From positions 1 to 62,920 of the IMG/VR virus record IMGVR_UViG_3300037808_000193: a DNA stretch of 62,920 nucleotides. The stretch is one strand, 5' to 3'. The stretch comes from a virus (lineage: Duplodnaviria; Caudoviricetes). The position numbers were made by a program, and so were the translations under genes. This document shows positions 37,230-45,884 of the stretch, piece after piece (within the stretch, counting starts at the first letter, position 1; every line of letters begins with the position of its first letter). The notes beneath the pieces are model-generated. The model was not told where the DNA came from. It searched no databases and worked only from the letters and a program-made list of their open reading frames with translations.

Positions 37230-37689
37230 GTCGTGCCGAGCTTTGTGTCGGGATGTTCACCTTGACCTTGCCACCACGCCTCGGAGCAGATGGCCTGCCT
37301 GCCGCCAGGAGGGCGTCGACATCCAACTCGTCCAGAGTCTCGATGGTTTCGGTGACCATGGTGATGTAGTCATCAGCATCCTCTTCGGATACGTCAGACG
37401 TGTCGATGCCTGCGTACTTCTGCAGCATCGCCTTGGTCATCAGGTTAAGCACCCCGAGTGTGTTCGGGTCCCAGTCGAGGAACAGTCCGTTCCGCTTGGG
37501 AAGCCACTCTCCCTTACGAGCTGACCAGTACCACTCCCGAAGGTTGACGTGATGCGTGACGGTCGGGCCGTCATACTTCGTCATCTCCACGAGAGTCGCC
37601 ACCAGCTTGCTCTTGTCTTCTACCAGGACGTGCTCGAAGAGCGTCTCAATGTCCTTGTAGTCAGGCTTGGGTGTCGCTTGCTTTGCCAT
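37222..37689 (-). CDS. PC4/YdbC-like single-stranded nucleic-acid-binding protein
   Basis: VNLREWYW....GEWLPKRNGL.L resembles the PC4 signature; start refined to MAKQAT. Confidence 0.6.
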   Translation of the reverse strand: MAKQATPKPDYKDIETLFEHVLVEDKSKLVATLVEMTKYDGPTVTHHVNLREWYWSARKGEWLPKRNGLFLDWDPNTLGVLNLMTKAMLQKYAGIDTSDVSEEDADDYITMVTETIETLDELDVDALLAAGRPSAPRRGGKVKVNIPTQSSARRD

Positions 37690-37709
37690 TGTTCTCACCT
37701 CACTGTTGT

Positions 37710-37765
37710 CCTGCTGAGTAGCAGGTGGAAGCTCACCCCCATGGTTAGGGGATGAGCAACCATCT
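37710..37765 (-). ncRNA. Conserved two-hairpin intercistronic RNA motif, copy 3
   Basis: AGATGGTT-GCTCATCCCC-TAACCAT-GGGGGTGAGC-TTCCA-CCTGCT-ACTC-AGCAGG. Confidence 0.8.
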
Positions 37766-37766
37766 A

Positions 37767-37862
37767 TCACTCAGCCTTGGTGATCTGATCCAACGCAACC
37801 TCGGCAATACGAAGCTTCGCCTTCAGGATCTCGATCTCACGCCGTAGCTGTTTCTTGGTCAC
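37767..37862 (-). CDS. Small coiled-coil peptide (31 aa, not in ORF track)
   Basis: GTGA-coupled; MTKKQLRREIEILKAKLRIAEVALDQITKAE. Confidence 0.45.
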   Translation of the reverse strand: MTKKQLRREIEILKAKLRIAEVALDQITKAE

Positions 37863-38308
37863 TTGCCACCACGAGTCTGAACCTTGACCTTGCCGGTGGC
37901 CTTGGCTACCGGCTTCTTCTTGGCCGTGGCTTTCTTCGTGGTAGGTGCTGTCTTCTTGGCTGCCGCAGCTTTGGGTGTTGCCTTGGTCGGAACCTTGGCC
38001 TTGCCCTTGGGCCGTTCCTGCTTCTTGGCAGAATCGGCCTTGGCTTTGGACTCCCTCCGAGCTTTGCGTGCCGATCGTTCGGCAAACGCTTCCTCAGAGT
38101 TGAGTTCCTTCACCCGTTCCTCGGTGCCTTCGCCTCCGACAAGACCAACTCCAGGGATCTCCATGATCCCGTCTGAATTGATCGTCTCGAAGATCACCAT
38201 GGCCAGAGCGTCGAGAACTTCCTCGACATGCTTCTTGGCGTCCGATGTGCGACACCTCGTCTTCACTGCGTCATAGACAACCGATCCTACGATCTCTTGA
38301 CCTGACAT
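37859..38308 (-). CDS. HU-like N-terminus with Lys/Ala-rich histone-H1-like tail
   Basis: KKHVEEVLDALAMVIFETI..DG.MEIPGVG resembles HU/IHF helices; KA-rich tail; start refined. Confidence 0.55.
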   Translation of the reverse strand: MSGQEIVGSVVYDAVKTRCRTSDAKKHVEEVLDALAMVIFETINSDGIMEIPGVGLVGGEGTEERVKELNSEEAFAERSARKARRESKAKADSAKKQERPKGKAKVPTKATPKAAAAKKTAPTTKKATAKKKPVAKATGKVKVQTRGGK

Positions 38309-38329
38309 GTGATTCTCACCTCCGTTATT

Positions 38330-38380
38330 GGTGCCGGTTAGCACCATGGGATGCACCCTCCCCGAAGAGAGGATGCACCC
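38330..38380 (-). ncRNA. Conserved two-hairpin intercistronic RNA motif, copy 2 (variant)
   Basis: GGGTGCATCCTCTC-TTCG-GGGAGGGTGCATCC-CAT-GGTGCT-AACC-GGCACC. Confidence 0.7.
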
Positions 38381-38386
38381 GAGTTG

Positions 38387-40327
38387 TTAACCGGCCGTTG
38401 CGACGACGCTCCGCATTGCTCGAACAACCATGGCCTTGGTCATGGTCACAACGTCGTCGAAACTCTCGACGTTGCTAGCCACACTGCAGCCATGATCACC
38501 ATGAGACACAGCTCCGTTGATCCCGTACAGGGCAGTAGTCACGCCCGCACGGTTCATCGACTGGATCACTTCATCTCCTCGATTGCTGGCCCAGTGACCA
38601 TCGGTCACCGTGACCATCATCCGAATCGAATCTGAATCCCTCGACAGGAGCCAGTGTGCTGATTTGCTCAAGCAATCGCCTGGGTCAGTGCCTCCCCTCA
38701 TCTTGAAGGAGAGCATCTCACCAGACTTTGCTTTGTCACCCACGTCATAGACGATGAATGACTCGGTGTTGTAGGCGTACACCACACAGTCTCCGCCAAC
38801 CTGGTCGACGGAACGCTTCAGCAGCCAAGCAGCCCGAGCTACTTCACTCGACATCCCGGCCATCGACCCTGAGATATCCAGGGCAACCGCCATGTTGATA
38901 CGAGTTGCGTAGTCATTGTCTTGGAACGAGTCGAACGGTTCCCGAAGGAAGCGTTCGCCAGCTTCAGCTTGCATGATGCGTGAGATGTTGGGCCGACCGA
39001 GACGGTCAGGTTCCCAAGCACCCTCAGCCTGAACACGAAGGTCCCCGAAGACACGAACGATCTTCTTGGAAGCCATACGGTCATCGCCAGTAGCACTCAC
39101 TGGGGAGCCGTCGATCCTTTCGGTATCAACGCCCTTGCCCTGTGACATCACCTGTCGAATCGACTCAAAGATCTCATCGAGATGCTCACTGGCGACTTCA
39201 CTGTCCTGTGCCTCTGATTGAGCCTGGAAGAGTTCCGAGGTGATCTCGTCACTCGTCCAGTCGTTGACATCAGGACTATCACTCCCTGCCGACTCCCCAC
39301 CTGGGGTGTCGCTGGAAGATTCGTCTGTGTTATCCGAACCATGGTCATCACTGGCAGCCTCACCAGAGGTTTCCCCCTGGCCATCCTGCCCGACATCCCC
39401 ATCGTTGCTGTCCACTTGCTCTTGCTCTTCGTCGTTGTCGCCGTCCATGTCGTCATAGTCGACATCGTGGGACTCGATGTGTTGTGCGTCGGCATCTTGA
39501 CTATCTGCCTTCGCACCATCTCGACGCTGACGCCCCGTCTTCTCTGAATCGTCAGGACCACCCCTCTCGGGACGATCCGGCCAGTGACCAACTCCTGATG
39601 CTTGATCACCGTTCGCCATCCTCTCGGAGCCCGAAGGCATACCCGATTCGTTGGATGGCTTGGTGATGATCGTGTGGATACGATCCACAATCACTCTCAC
39701 ATCCGACTCGGAAGACGGAGTGAGTATCAGTCGTTGGTACTGCCTGACCAGAGATTCGATCTCGTCAGCGTGCCCACTTGGCTCGAACATGGCCTTCGCA
39801 CCGTCCCTCAGAGACTGAGGAAGGTAGTGACGGCCACACACGAGAAGCCACAGCCCGTCGTCCACGTTCTGGAGTCCGCCCCTGAGGTTAACCAGGAGGT
39901 CTGTCACCAGATTGGTAAAGAGGTCTTCAGCCACTTCGTAACGACTGACGAACAAACGCTCGATGCGTTGGTCCTCCAGAACGTTGAAGATGAACATCTT
40001 CAGCGTGTCGCCGAAGAAGCTGCCAGCCACCTTGTACCAAAGGTCAAAGGGTGTGTAGAGCACGTGTGCCACTTCGTGGTAGTTCACACCGATCAGGTTC
40101 CGAAGAAGTGATCGGGTGAGATCCGGTGGTGTCCCATCTGCTCGTCGCCCGTACTTGGTTACGTTGAAGGTGATAACACCACCATCGGTCCATGCAGGAG
40201 CATTCGCAAGATGAGCACTGTGTGGATGACCACGAGTGACTCTCAGCTTGGTATGTCCGGTGATGATCTGATCCGTCTTCTGAAGGACCCTCATCGCCGC
40301 ATCAAGCTTACGCTCAATACTTATCAT
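38387..40327 (-). CDS. vWA (MIDAS) protein with N-terminal HExxH zincin-like domain (CobT-like MoxR partner)
   Basis: AWTDG, YHEVAHV, FNVLEDQRIE, acidic linker, LDISGSM, GGT, VTDG. Confidence 0.88.
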   Translation of the reverse strand: MISIERKLDAAMRVLQKTDQIITGHTKLRVTRGHPHSAHLANAPAWTDGGVITFNVTKYGRRADGTPPDLTRSLLRNLIGVNYHEVAHVLYTPFDLWYKVAGSFFGDTLKMFIFNVLEDQRIERLFVSRYEVAEDLFTNLVTDLLVNLRGGLQNVDDGLWLLVCGRHYLPQSLRDGAKAMFEPSGHADEIESLVRQYQRLILTPSSESDVRVIVDRIHTIITKPSNESGMPSGSERMANGDQASGVGHWPDRPERGGPDDSEKTGRQRRDGAKADSQDADAQHIESHDVDYDDMDGDNDEEQEQVDSNDGDVGQDGQGETSGEAASDDHGSDNTDESSSDTPGGESAGSDSPDVNDWTSDEITSELFQAQSEAQDSEVASEHLDEIFESIRQVMSQGKGVDTERIDGSPVSATGDDRMASKKIVRVFGDLRVQAEGAWEPDRLGRPNISRIMQAEAGERFLREPFDSFQDNDYATRINMAVALDISGSMAGMSSEVARAAWLLKRSVDQVGGDCVVYAYNTESFIVYDVGDKAKSGEMLSFKMRGGTDPGDCLSKSAHWLLSRDSDSIRMMVTVTDGHWASNRGDEVIQSMNRAGVTTALYGINGAVSHGDHGCSVASNVESFDDVVTMTKAMVVRAMRSVVATAG

Positions 40328-40357
40328 GTTCTCACCTCTTGTTAGTTGCTAAACCAC

Positions 40358-40413
40358 CCTGCCTGAGAAGCAGGAGGAAGGGCACCCCTTCGCAGAGGGA
40401 TGCCCAACCTTCT
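40358..40413 (-). ncRNA. Conserved two-hairpin intercistronic RNA motif, copy 1
   Basis: AGAAGGTT-GGGCATCCCT-CTGCGA-AGGGGTGCCC-TTCCT-CCTGCT-TCTCA-GGCAGG. Confidence 0.8.
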
Positions 40414-40418
40414 ATCTC

Positions 40419-41303
40419 TCAGTCTTCGTACTCGACTCCGTACTCCCTTTCCAGGTCCGCACGGTTCAGGTCGAACACGTTCTTGACTGCCATCTTCTCG
40501 TCTGCAGAGAACGCATTGACGAAGTTGTCGATCGCACCGTCGAAGCTCACGGCTTGAGCAAGTTGCTCAAACTCCATGAGCTGATTCGTGGCCACGGGAG
40601 TTTCGATGTTCCCCTCGTTGTGCTGAGCCCTGATCTGTCGGGCAATTCGCAGCAACGTATTGGAGAACACCAGCTGCTCCTCGGTCACGTCGTCGTAGTC
40701 GAACGACATCTTCACGGCGAACCGATTCTTGAATGCGTAGTTCAGGGGCCTCGTACCCTCGTAGTCGGGGTTGTAATCGCCGATCACCAGCAGCTTGCTG
40801 TTGGCAATGATGATTTCACCACCGTTCTCCACGAGAGAGATGGTCCGACGTTTGTCAGTCAAGCCGAACATGGTCGCAGCCACCTTGGCAGGGAGGAAGT
40901 TCACCTCGTTGAGGAGGAGAACGCCACCGTGCCTCGCCAGCTTGGTCACAGGTCCGTCTTGCCAGACGTAGCCAGCACCAGTCTTCTTTGGTGCGTAGGT
41001 CCCGAACAGCATCGCCGGATCGGCAGCACCGTTGCATGGAACGCTGTAGACGGGGAAGTTGTTGCGTGCTGCGTAGGCGTATACCGCACTGGTCTTGCCA
41101 GTGCCGGTTGGGCCGTCGATCAACACGCTGTACCCGAGCCGATGGGCTTCGCCGAGGAACTCGAACTCACTCACACCAGATGACACTTCCCGACTGATGT
41201 AGTCGGTGTCGTACCAGCTGGGGGGAATGAGGTCCGCAACCTCTTTGTTCCAGGCCGGGGCCTTCTTCTTCGTCGCAGTCTTGGTTGTTGTAGCAGTAGC
41301 CAT
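40419..41303 (-). CDS. MoxR-family AAA+ ATPase (CbbQ/NirQ/CobS-like)
   Basis: GPTGTGKT, WQDGPVT, LLLNEVN, NPDYEGTRPLNYAFKNRF. Confidence 0.92.
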   Translation of the reverse strand: MATATTTKTATKKKAPAWNKEVADLIPPSWYDTDYISREVSSGVSEFEFLGEAHRLGYSVLIDGPTGTGKTSAVYAYAARNNFPVYSVPCNGAADPAMLFGTYAPKKTGAGYVWQDGPVTKLARHGGVLLLNEVNFLPAKVAATMFGLTDKRRTISLVENGGEIIIANSKLLVIGDYNPDYEGTRPLNYAFKNRFAVKMSFDYDDVTEEQLVFSNTLLRIARQIRAQHNEGNIETPVATNQLMEFEQLAQAVSFDGAIDNFVNAFSADEKMAVKNVFDLNRADLEREYGVEYED

Positions 41304-41433
41304 TTCTGTTCACCTCACGTTGAGTTGCGTAAGGAGGACAAGATGTAGCTAAACACCTCGCCCTCCACAGAAGACACCGAGCAAATTACAAGTTGCTAAG
41401 TGGTCATTAGATCAGTCGCAGCTGACTTTACAG

Positions 41434-41772
41434 TCAGGGTGTGACATCCATCATCGGTGGCCAGGATGCTTGTGAGGGTGTAGGGGCGTCTTCCGCCCCG
41501 GTGAGATCAGCTTCTGACCAGCATTCCCGGTATGCACACTGTGCAGCCCAGGTGATTGCCTTGTAGTAAGCCTTCGCCCAGTCACCCTCGTCATCCCACT
41601 TGAACGTCTTGATGATTGATGGTCGCCGACGGTTTCCCTGTCGGTCATGAGAGGGACCGTGACCAAACACGGTCACTTTGGAGGCTTCCGCATCGGGATC
41701 TTGCAATACCCGATAGGTGCATCCCATCCCTTCGATGGTTGCCATCGTCATCTCTTCGATCGTAAGCGTCAT
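41434..41772 (-). CDS. Hypothetical protein, first ORF of the early operon
   Basis: GGAG SD before MTLTIEEM; the longer track start runs into structured non-coding sequence. Confidence 0.55.
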   Translation of the reverse strand: MTLTIEEMTMATIEGMGCTYRVLQDPDAEASKVTVFGHGPSHDRQGNRRRPSIIKTFKWDDEGDWAKAYYKAITWAAQCAYRECWSEADLTGAEDAPTPSQASWPPMMDVTP

Positions 41773-41779
41773 GGTTACT

Positions 41780-42630
41780 CCGTTCCGCCCGATGTCCTCT
41801 GTGGAGGTGAGGTGAGAATTCTGTTCTGATCGGCATCGCCCGTCACATTGGGCTCGGACCGTATGGATTGCTAGGCACTTCAACAGCTTGGGAACCGCAT
41901 CTCCTGGTCTTCATCTACCTCCAAGAGCCCTTCCACAAACCTCTGTAATCCACAGACGACCATTCGCCACTTCAGAATACTGACTTTATGTCATCCTCTC
42001 ACTAGGTGAGATTCTGACCTCTCAGGCTGCACGTGCGTTCCTAGCTCATGCATCGCCCGAACGGTTACCTATCACTTTCACGGTGGGATACTTGCTCCCA
42101 TCGACAATTACTCGTGATCCCTTGCCATTGTCAGCGTGTCCGAAGGCTTGCTCTATCGCCTGCCGGTTGCTTCTCTGTTGATTGTCAAGATGCGTCTTAG
42201 TCAAGTCTGACCGACACCATCGAAGTAGCTAGGCTCCCGCCCCTCATAAGTGGGCTTTGCAAGATCACGAGACCGGACTACCAAGGGTCGATTCCGTAGG
42301 GTTCTAACCCCTACCTACCCTGCCGAATTACAGAATTCAGAACACTTGCCACTAGGGCCAACAGAGGTTTGATCCTCCGCCATGTTGTTCTCACGGCTTG
42401 TCACTCAGTCGTTCTCACTCTTGCCATGGCACGCATAGTCCAACGATCGGACCGTTCCTAGTTGTCCTAGCCCCGTAGCCGATTGATACGGGGCTAAGTC
42501 CCTGGTCATGCCTAGCGTTCGATTGTCAAGGTGCTAGATCCCTATTGGAACCCATTGGGAGCTGTCACCCAGACTCCCAGTCTGAGCCATCACTCCCGGC
42601 CCGAGTAGACCGAATCACCGACCTACTCAC
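41780..42630 (-). ncRNA. Candidate large structured RNA / leader (~850 nt)
   Basis: No credible ORF; many hairpins, most with G-U pairs favouring the minus strand; long-range helices; two boxA-like boxes; TGTGATAGTGT -10-like element just upstream. Confidence 0.6.
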
Positions 42631-42659
42631 CTAGGACACTATCACAGCTAGTGAGGTTG

Positions 42660-43060
42660 TAACAGGGACCCTAGGGGTCCCCTGTCGGCACCCTGGCACC
42701 CTGGCAGTAGGCCTAGGGTCACCACTAGCACAGAATCGATTCTAAGGCCTCTCAGAGCCGTTCTAAGGCCCTACTAGGATTCTGTGCTATGGGTATAGCC
42801 AAACACCCTGGCAAGCTCTTAGAGAGCCTCTCAGGCACCTCTCCTGGCAAGTGAGGTTTCTAGCACCTAGGCCACATTGACCAGCCCGACCCCTCACTGA
42901 GATCATATGAAAGGTCATGAGATAACCAAAGATTCCATTCTCACCTGTATCATGACTTTCCAGGTATTTCATGCAATTCTAGGGAGGATGTGATTCTGGC
43001 AGAAATTCAGCGACACTCAGCATTTCTGTTTTGGGCTTCTGAGGCAGAAATTCTCTCGTC
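42660..43060. repeat. Cluster of palindromes and short repeats (candidate origin or packaging/control site)
   Basis: ACAGGGACCC-TAG-GGGTCCCCTGT; GGCACCCT tandem; 12-bp inverted repeat 42726-42737/42778-42789 enclosing TTCTAAGGCC x2; GGCAGAAATTC x2. Confidence 0.5.
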
Positions 43061-43161
43061 GCTCAGTACTGGTGATCTCAGCTCGAAATGTGAGAAAGTT
43101 ACCTACCGCATCTTCAGATGATAGAGTGACAATTGCACCACCAGTAACTAGGAGAGAACTG

Positions 43162-43632
43162 ATGGCGGAAGAAGCAGTTGAGACAGTCAAGCTGGACCCT
43201 CTCACAGGGACCACCATTGGCACCCAGTCATGGGTCATCGCTACTGAGATGGCAGCTGGTGGAGAGGGCAAAGGGGAGGTGATCGACCGCATCAAGGCCA
43301 GAGTCCCCGAGACCACACGCTCAGGGACCCCCAACCCGATAGCTCAGAGAGTCAACACAGTGCTCACGCAGCTTCGCCAGAAGGGCTGGACCGTCGAGGA
43401 GTCATGGAAGCTCGTCCCTCCAGCAGAGGGAGAGGCACCCAAGCCCAAGGCACCAGCCAAGAAGCCTGCCAAGAAGGCGGCCTCCAAGACCAAGAAGGCT
43501 CCTGCCAAGAAGACAGCAGCAAAGCCCAAGGTCACTGAGAGGGCAGCGGTGACCAAGGAGGGCAAGGTCGTACCAACCAAGCCCAAGGTGACCGGGAAGC
43601 GTAAGATCGTGAAGAAGAAGGTGACTGCCTGA
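43162..43632 (+). CDS. Lys/Ala/Pro-rich DNA-binding-like protein
   Basis: AGGAG SD; helical N-terminal domain plus KKPAKK tail; the only sizeable plus-strand gene. Confidence 0.75.
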   Translation: MAEEAVETVKLDPLTGTTIGTQSWVIATEMAAGGEGKGEVIDRIKARVPETTRSGTPNPIAQRVNTVLTQLRQKGWTVEESWKLVPPAEGEAPKPKAPAKKPAKKAASKTKKAPAKKTAAKPKVTERAAVTKEGKVVPTKPKVTGKRKIVKKKVTA

Positions 43633-43658
43633 CCCGCCCTTGGGCAATCACTTTCTAG

Positions 43659-43688
43659 GAGGCCGGGGTGTGGAAGCCCCGGCCTTCT
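43659..43688. terminator. Hairpin terminator between convergent genes
   Basis: GAGGCCGGGG-TGTGGAAG-CCCCGGCCTT. Confidence 0.7.
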
Positions 43689-44552
43689 TCATGTGTATCG
43701 GTCCGCAAGAGCACGAAGCTTCTTGGGCTTCATCTCCCCAGGGTCCTTGGCTTTGACCCCATCCTTGCGTCGACCGAACATCTTCCCGTCTACCCGACGT
43801 AGGTTCAGAACGAACTGCTCGTGCTTCAGCCTGTCGTAGATAGCCGCCTCAGCCTCTTGCCCAGCTCTGTCGTTGTCGAGCATGAGGATGATGTCCGTAG
43901 CACCCATCCTCCGCAGCTCACCGACCTGATAGTCACTGATCCTCGAACCCAGGATGGCTACAGCACTCATGCCGAACTGGTCGAGCTTGATTGCGTCGAG
44001 TGACCCCTCACAGATGAAGATCGGCATGTCATACGACCTCCAAGCCCCGAACAGGATCTCGCTGATCTTCGAGCCCTTGGGGTACTTGTACCGGACCCTC
44101 ACGTCATGGTCGAGATACCGACGGATGATTCCCCTCAGCCTTCCCATGTGGTTCCTGTACGGGATGGTTACCGCATTCCTCATGGGGTCGTAGCCGAGAT
44201 CCCACTTCTCCACGATGTTGTTGTCGAACCCACGCTCTCCCCAGTAGGGATGCATCACGCTCTGGCGGTACTTCCTCAGCACGTGCTCAGGTAGAGCTTC
44301 TTCAGGCTCCAGAGACAACCGTTCAAGGATGCTCTTGCCCGACAACATCGAGGTTGCCTCTGGAGCCACACCTATAACGCCACCAAGGTGACCGCCCTTG
44401 CCACAAGCGTGGCAGTAGTACAGCCCCTTCTCGACGTTCACCCTCATAGAGGGATTCGTGTCCTCATGGAAGATGCAGAGGCAATCCCACTCATCACCAG
44501 ACTTAGATCTGATGTCGAGATTACTCTCCGCCCACTGCTCATATTCTCTCAT
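43689..44552 (-). CDS. dnaG: DnaG-like primase (CHC2 zinc finger and TOPRIM)
   Basis: LCIFHEDTNPS...YCHAC; ICEGSLDA; LDNDRAG; KDPGE. Confidence 0.9.
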   Translation of the reverse strand: MREYEQWAESNLDIRSKSGDEWDCLCIFHEDTNPSMRVNVEKGLYYCHACGKGGHLGGVIGVAPEATSMLSGKSILERLSLEPEEALPEHVLRKYRQSVMHPYWGERGFDNNIVEKWDLGYDPMRNAVTIPYRNHMGRLRGIIRRYLDHDVRVRYKYPKGSKISEILFGAWRSYDMPIFICEGSLDAIKLDQFGMSAVAILGSRISDYQVGELRRMGATDIILMLDNDRAGQEAEAAIYDRLKHEQFVLNLRRVDGKMFGRRKDGVKAKDPGEMKPKKLRALADRYT

Positions 44553-44564
44553 GAGATTATGGTA

Positions 44565-45884
44565 TCACCCCAGATTGATGACACCGGCTCCTTGAGTGAC
44601 GGTTCTTGGAACCCTGCCAATCCCACCATGGTTGACCGTCACAACAGGGTGACGGTCAGTAGACGATCCCTTGCACAGAACATCACCCGCAGGCCAGTTA
44701 CCGATGAACTCACACCCCGTCACAGTCACCCGTGGGAACTCACCAGCTGGAACAGTCTGGTAGACCCGCCCTGATCCGGCCATCACTGCTGCATTGACAA
44801 TCGGGTGATCGTGACGCTGATCCCCTGCATCGAAGGTGCATCCGACCACAGTGATCTGATCACTACCGACCACAGGATCAGACTTGGCGATCTCATTGAG
44901 AGAGCTGTTCCTCAACACCTTGACTGGAGTGTGCATCCCTGAGAAGTGACAATCTCTGATGTTGATGTTGCGGGCACCCCACTTGTGGATGACAACACCT
45001 TCACCACCCTGGCTTGTTGACCCAAGAGGTGCAGCACCTGGGTCACTCCAGCTGTAGGGATCGACGCTGTTCCTCGATGGGCCAATGACAGTGCAGTTCT
45101 GAATCACCCAGTTGTCGCCGCCCTTGATGTCAATGAAGTTCTCACCAATCCTCAAGTTGGGTCGACCGGCAATGGTGAACCTCTCACCCGTCCACTCTGC
45201 AGTGCAGTTCTCAATGACCACCCCGTCAGAGTTGTAGCTGTGGATGCAGTCCGCACCGATATCGAGGAAGTCACAGTGGTGGATGTGGATGTTCTTGACT
45301 CCACCACCCATCCAGAAGACCACGGTGTCCCTGTTGATGCTGGTGTGGATGAACCTGCTGCAGCGGACGTTGTAGATCTCGATGTCCTGGGCACCATGCA
45401 TCTGGACGAAGTAGCCAGTGGAGGCTCCCTTGTTCCCAATGTGCTCGATGTCCCTGATGACGACATGCCTGTCGTTCTTGCCCAGGTAGATCATCCCAGC
45501 GACCGTTGCACCTGGCTCGGCCATGATGGTGATCGGTTTGTCTGCTGTCCCCTGGATCGGAGGATGGTTGGCCGGGAGGATGGTGACGTGAGCCCGAGCT
45601 GGGTCAGGGTGAGCCTCCATCACATAGGTGTCCCCAGGCTGAGCCGCCGCCATAGCGCTGGCCAGGTTCTTCACTCCTGCCCGAACCATGATTGCGTCAT
45701 CTGGAACGACACCACCAATGGGGTCAGGGACACCATCTTCACCACTGCCATCATCCGGTGGTTCATCAGTCGGCGGGTCATCTACAGGAGGCACATCACC
45801 AACCTTCAGCCCTTCAGCAATGTTCCAGATGCTCTGGCTGTGAGCCTGGATAGCCGTCATTTCGTCTGTCAGTGACATCATCAC
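44565..45884 (-). CDS. Right-handed parallel beta-helix protein (pectate-lyase-like)
   Basis: LASAMAAAQPGDT, GTADKPITI, repeated I..C / DIK rungs (GADCIH, GENFIDIKGG). Confidence 0.8.
   Translation of the reverse strand: MMMSLTDEMTAIQAHSQSIWNIAEGLKVGDVPPVDDPPTDEPPDDGSGEDGVPDPIGGVVPDDAIMVRAGVKNLASAMAAAQPGDTYVMEAHPDPARAHVTILPANHPPIQGTADKPITIMAEPGATVAGMIYLGKNDRHVVIRDIEHIGNKGASTGYFVQMHGAQDIEIYNVRCSRFIHTSINRDTVVFWMGGGVKNIHIHHCDFLDIGADCIHSYNSDGVVIENCTAEWTGERFTIAGRPNLRIGENFIDIKGGDNWVIQNCTVIGPSRNSVDPYSWSDPGAAPLGSTSQGGEGVVIHKWGARNINIRDCHFSGMHTPVKVLRNSSLNEIAKSDPVVGSDQITVVGCTFDAGDQRHDHPIVNAAVMAGSGRVYQTVPAGEFPRVTVTGCEFIGNWPAGDVLCKGSSTDRHPVVTVNHGGIGRVPRTVTQGAGVINLG

Noticed and set aside
35724-38356. Longer ORF-track starts (36188, 37099, 37770, 38356)
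   Set aside because: They run through the RNA motif; a GAGGTGAG SD lies 4-6 nt before a downstream ATG in each case
36139-40413. CRISPR array or REP/MITE explanation for the five repeats
   Set aside because: They are dispersed singly between genes, conserved in structure more than sequence, fixed in orientation and lack target-site duplications; the Cas4-like gene is a solo phage nuclease
42180-42534. TTGACA hexamers as sigma70 -35 boxes
   Set aside because: No TAnnnT at 16-18 nt spacing, and the conserved flanks fit boxA better
41780-42630. tmRNA, RNase P RNA, tRNA cluster or group I/II intron
   Set aside because: No tRNA-like ends, no GAGGAAAGTCC, no clear domain V and no interrupted gene; judged by eye only, so cmscan is still needed
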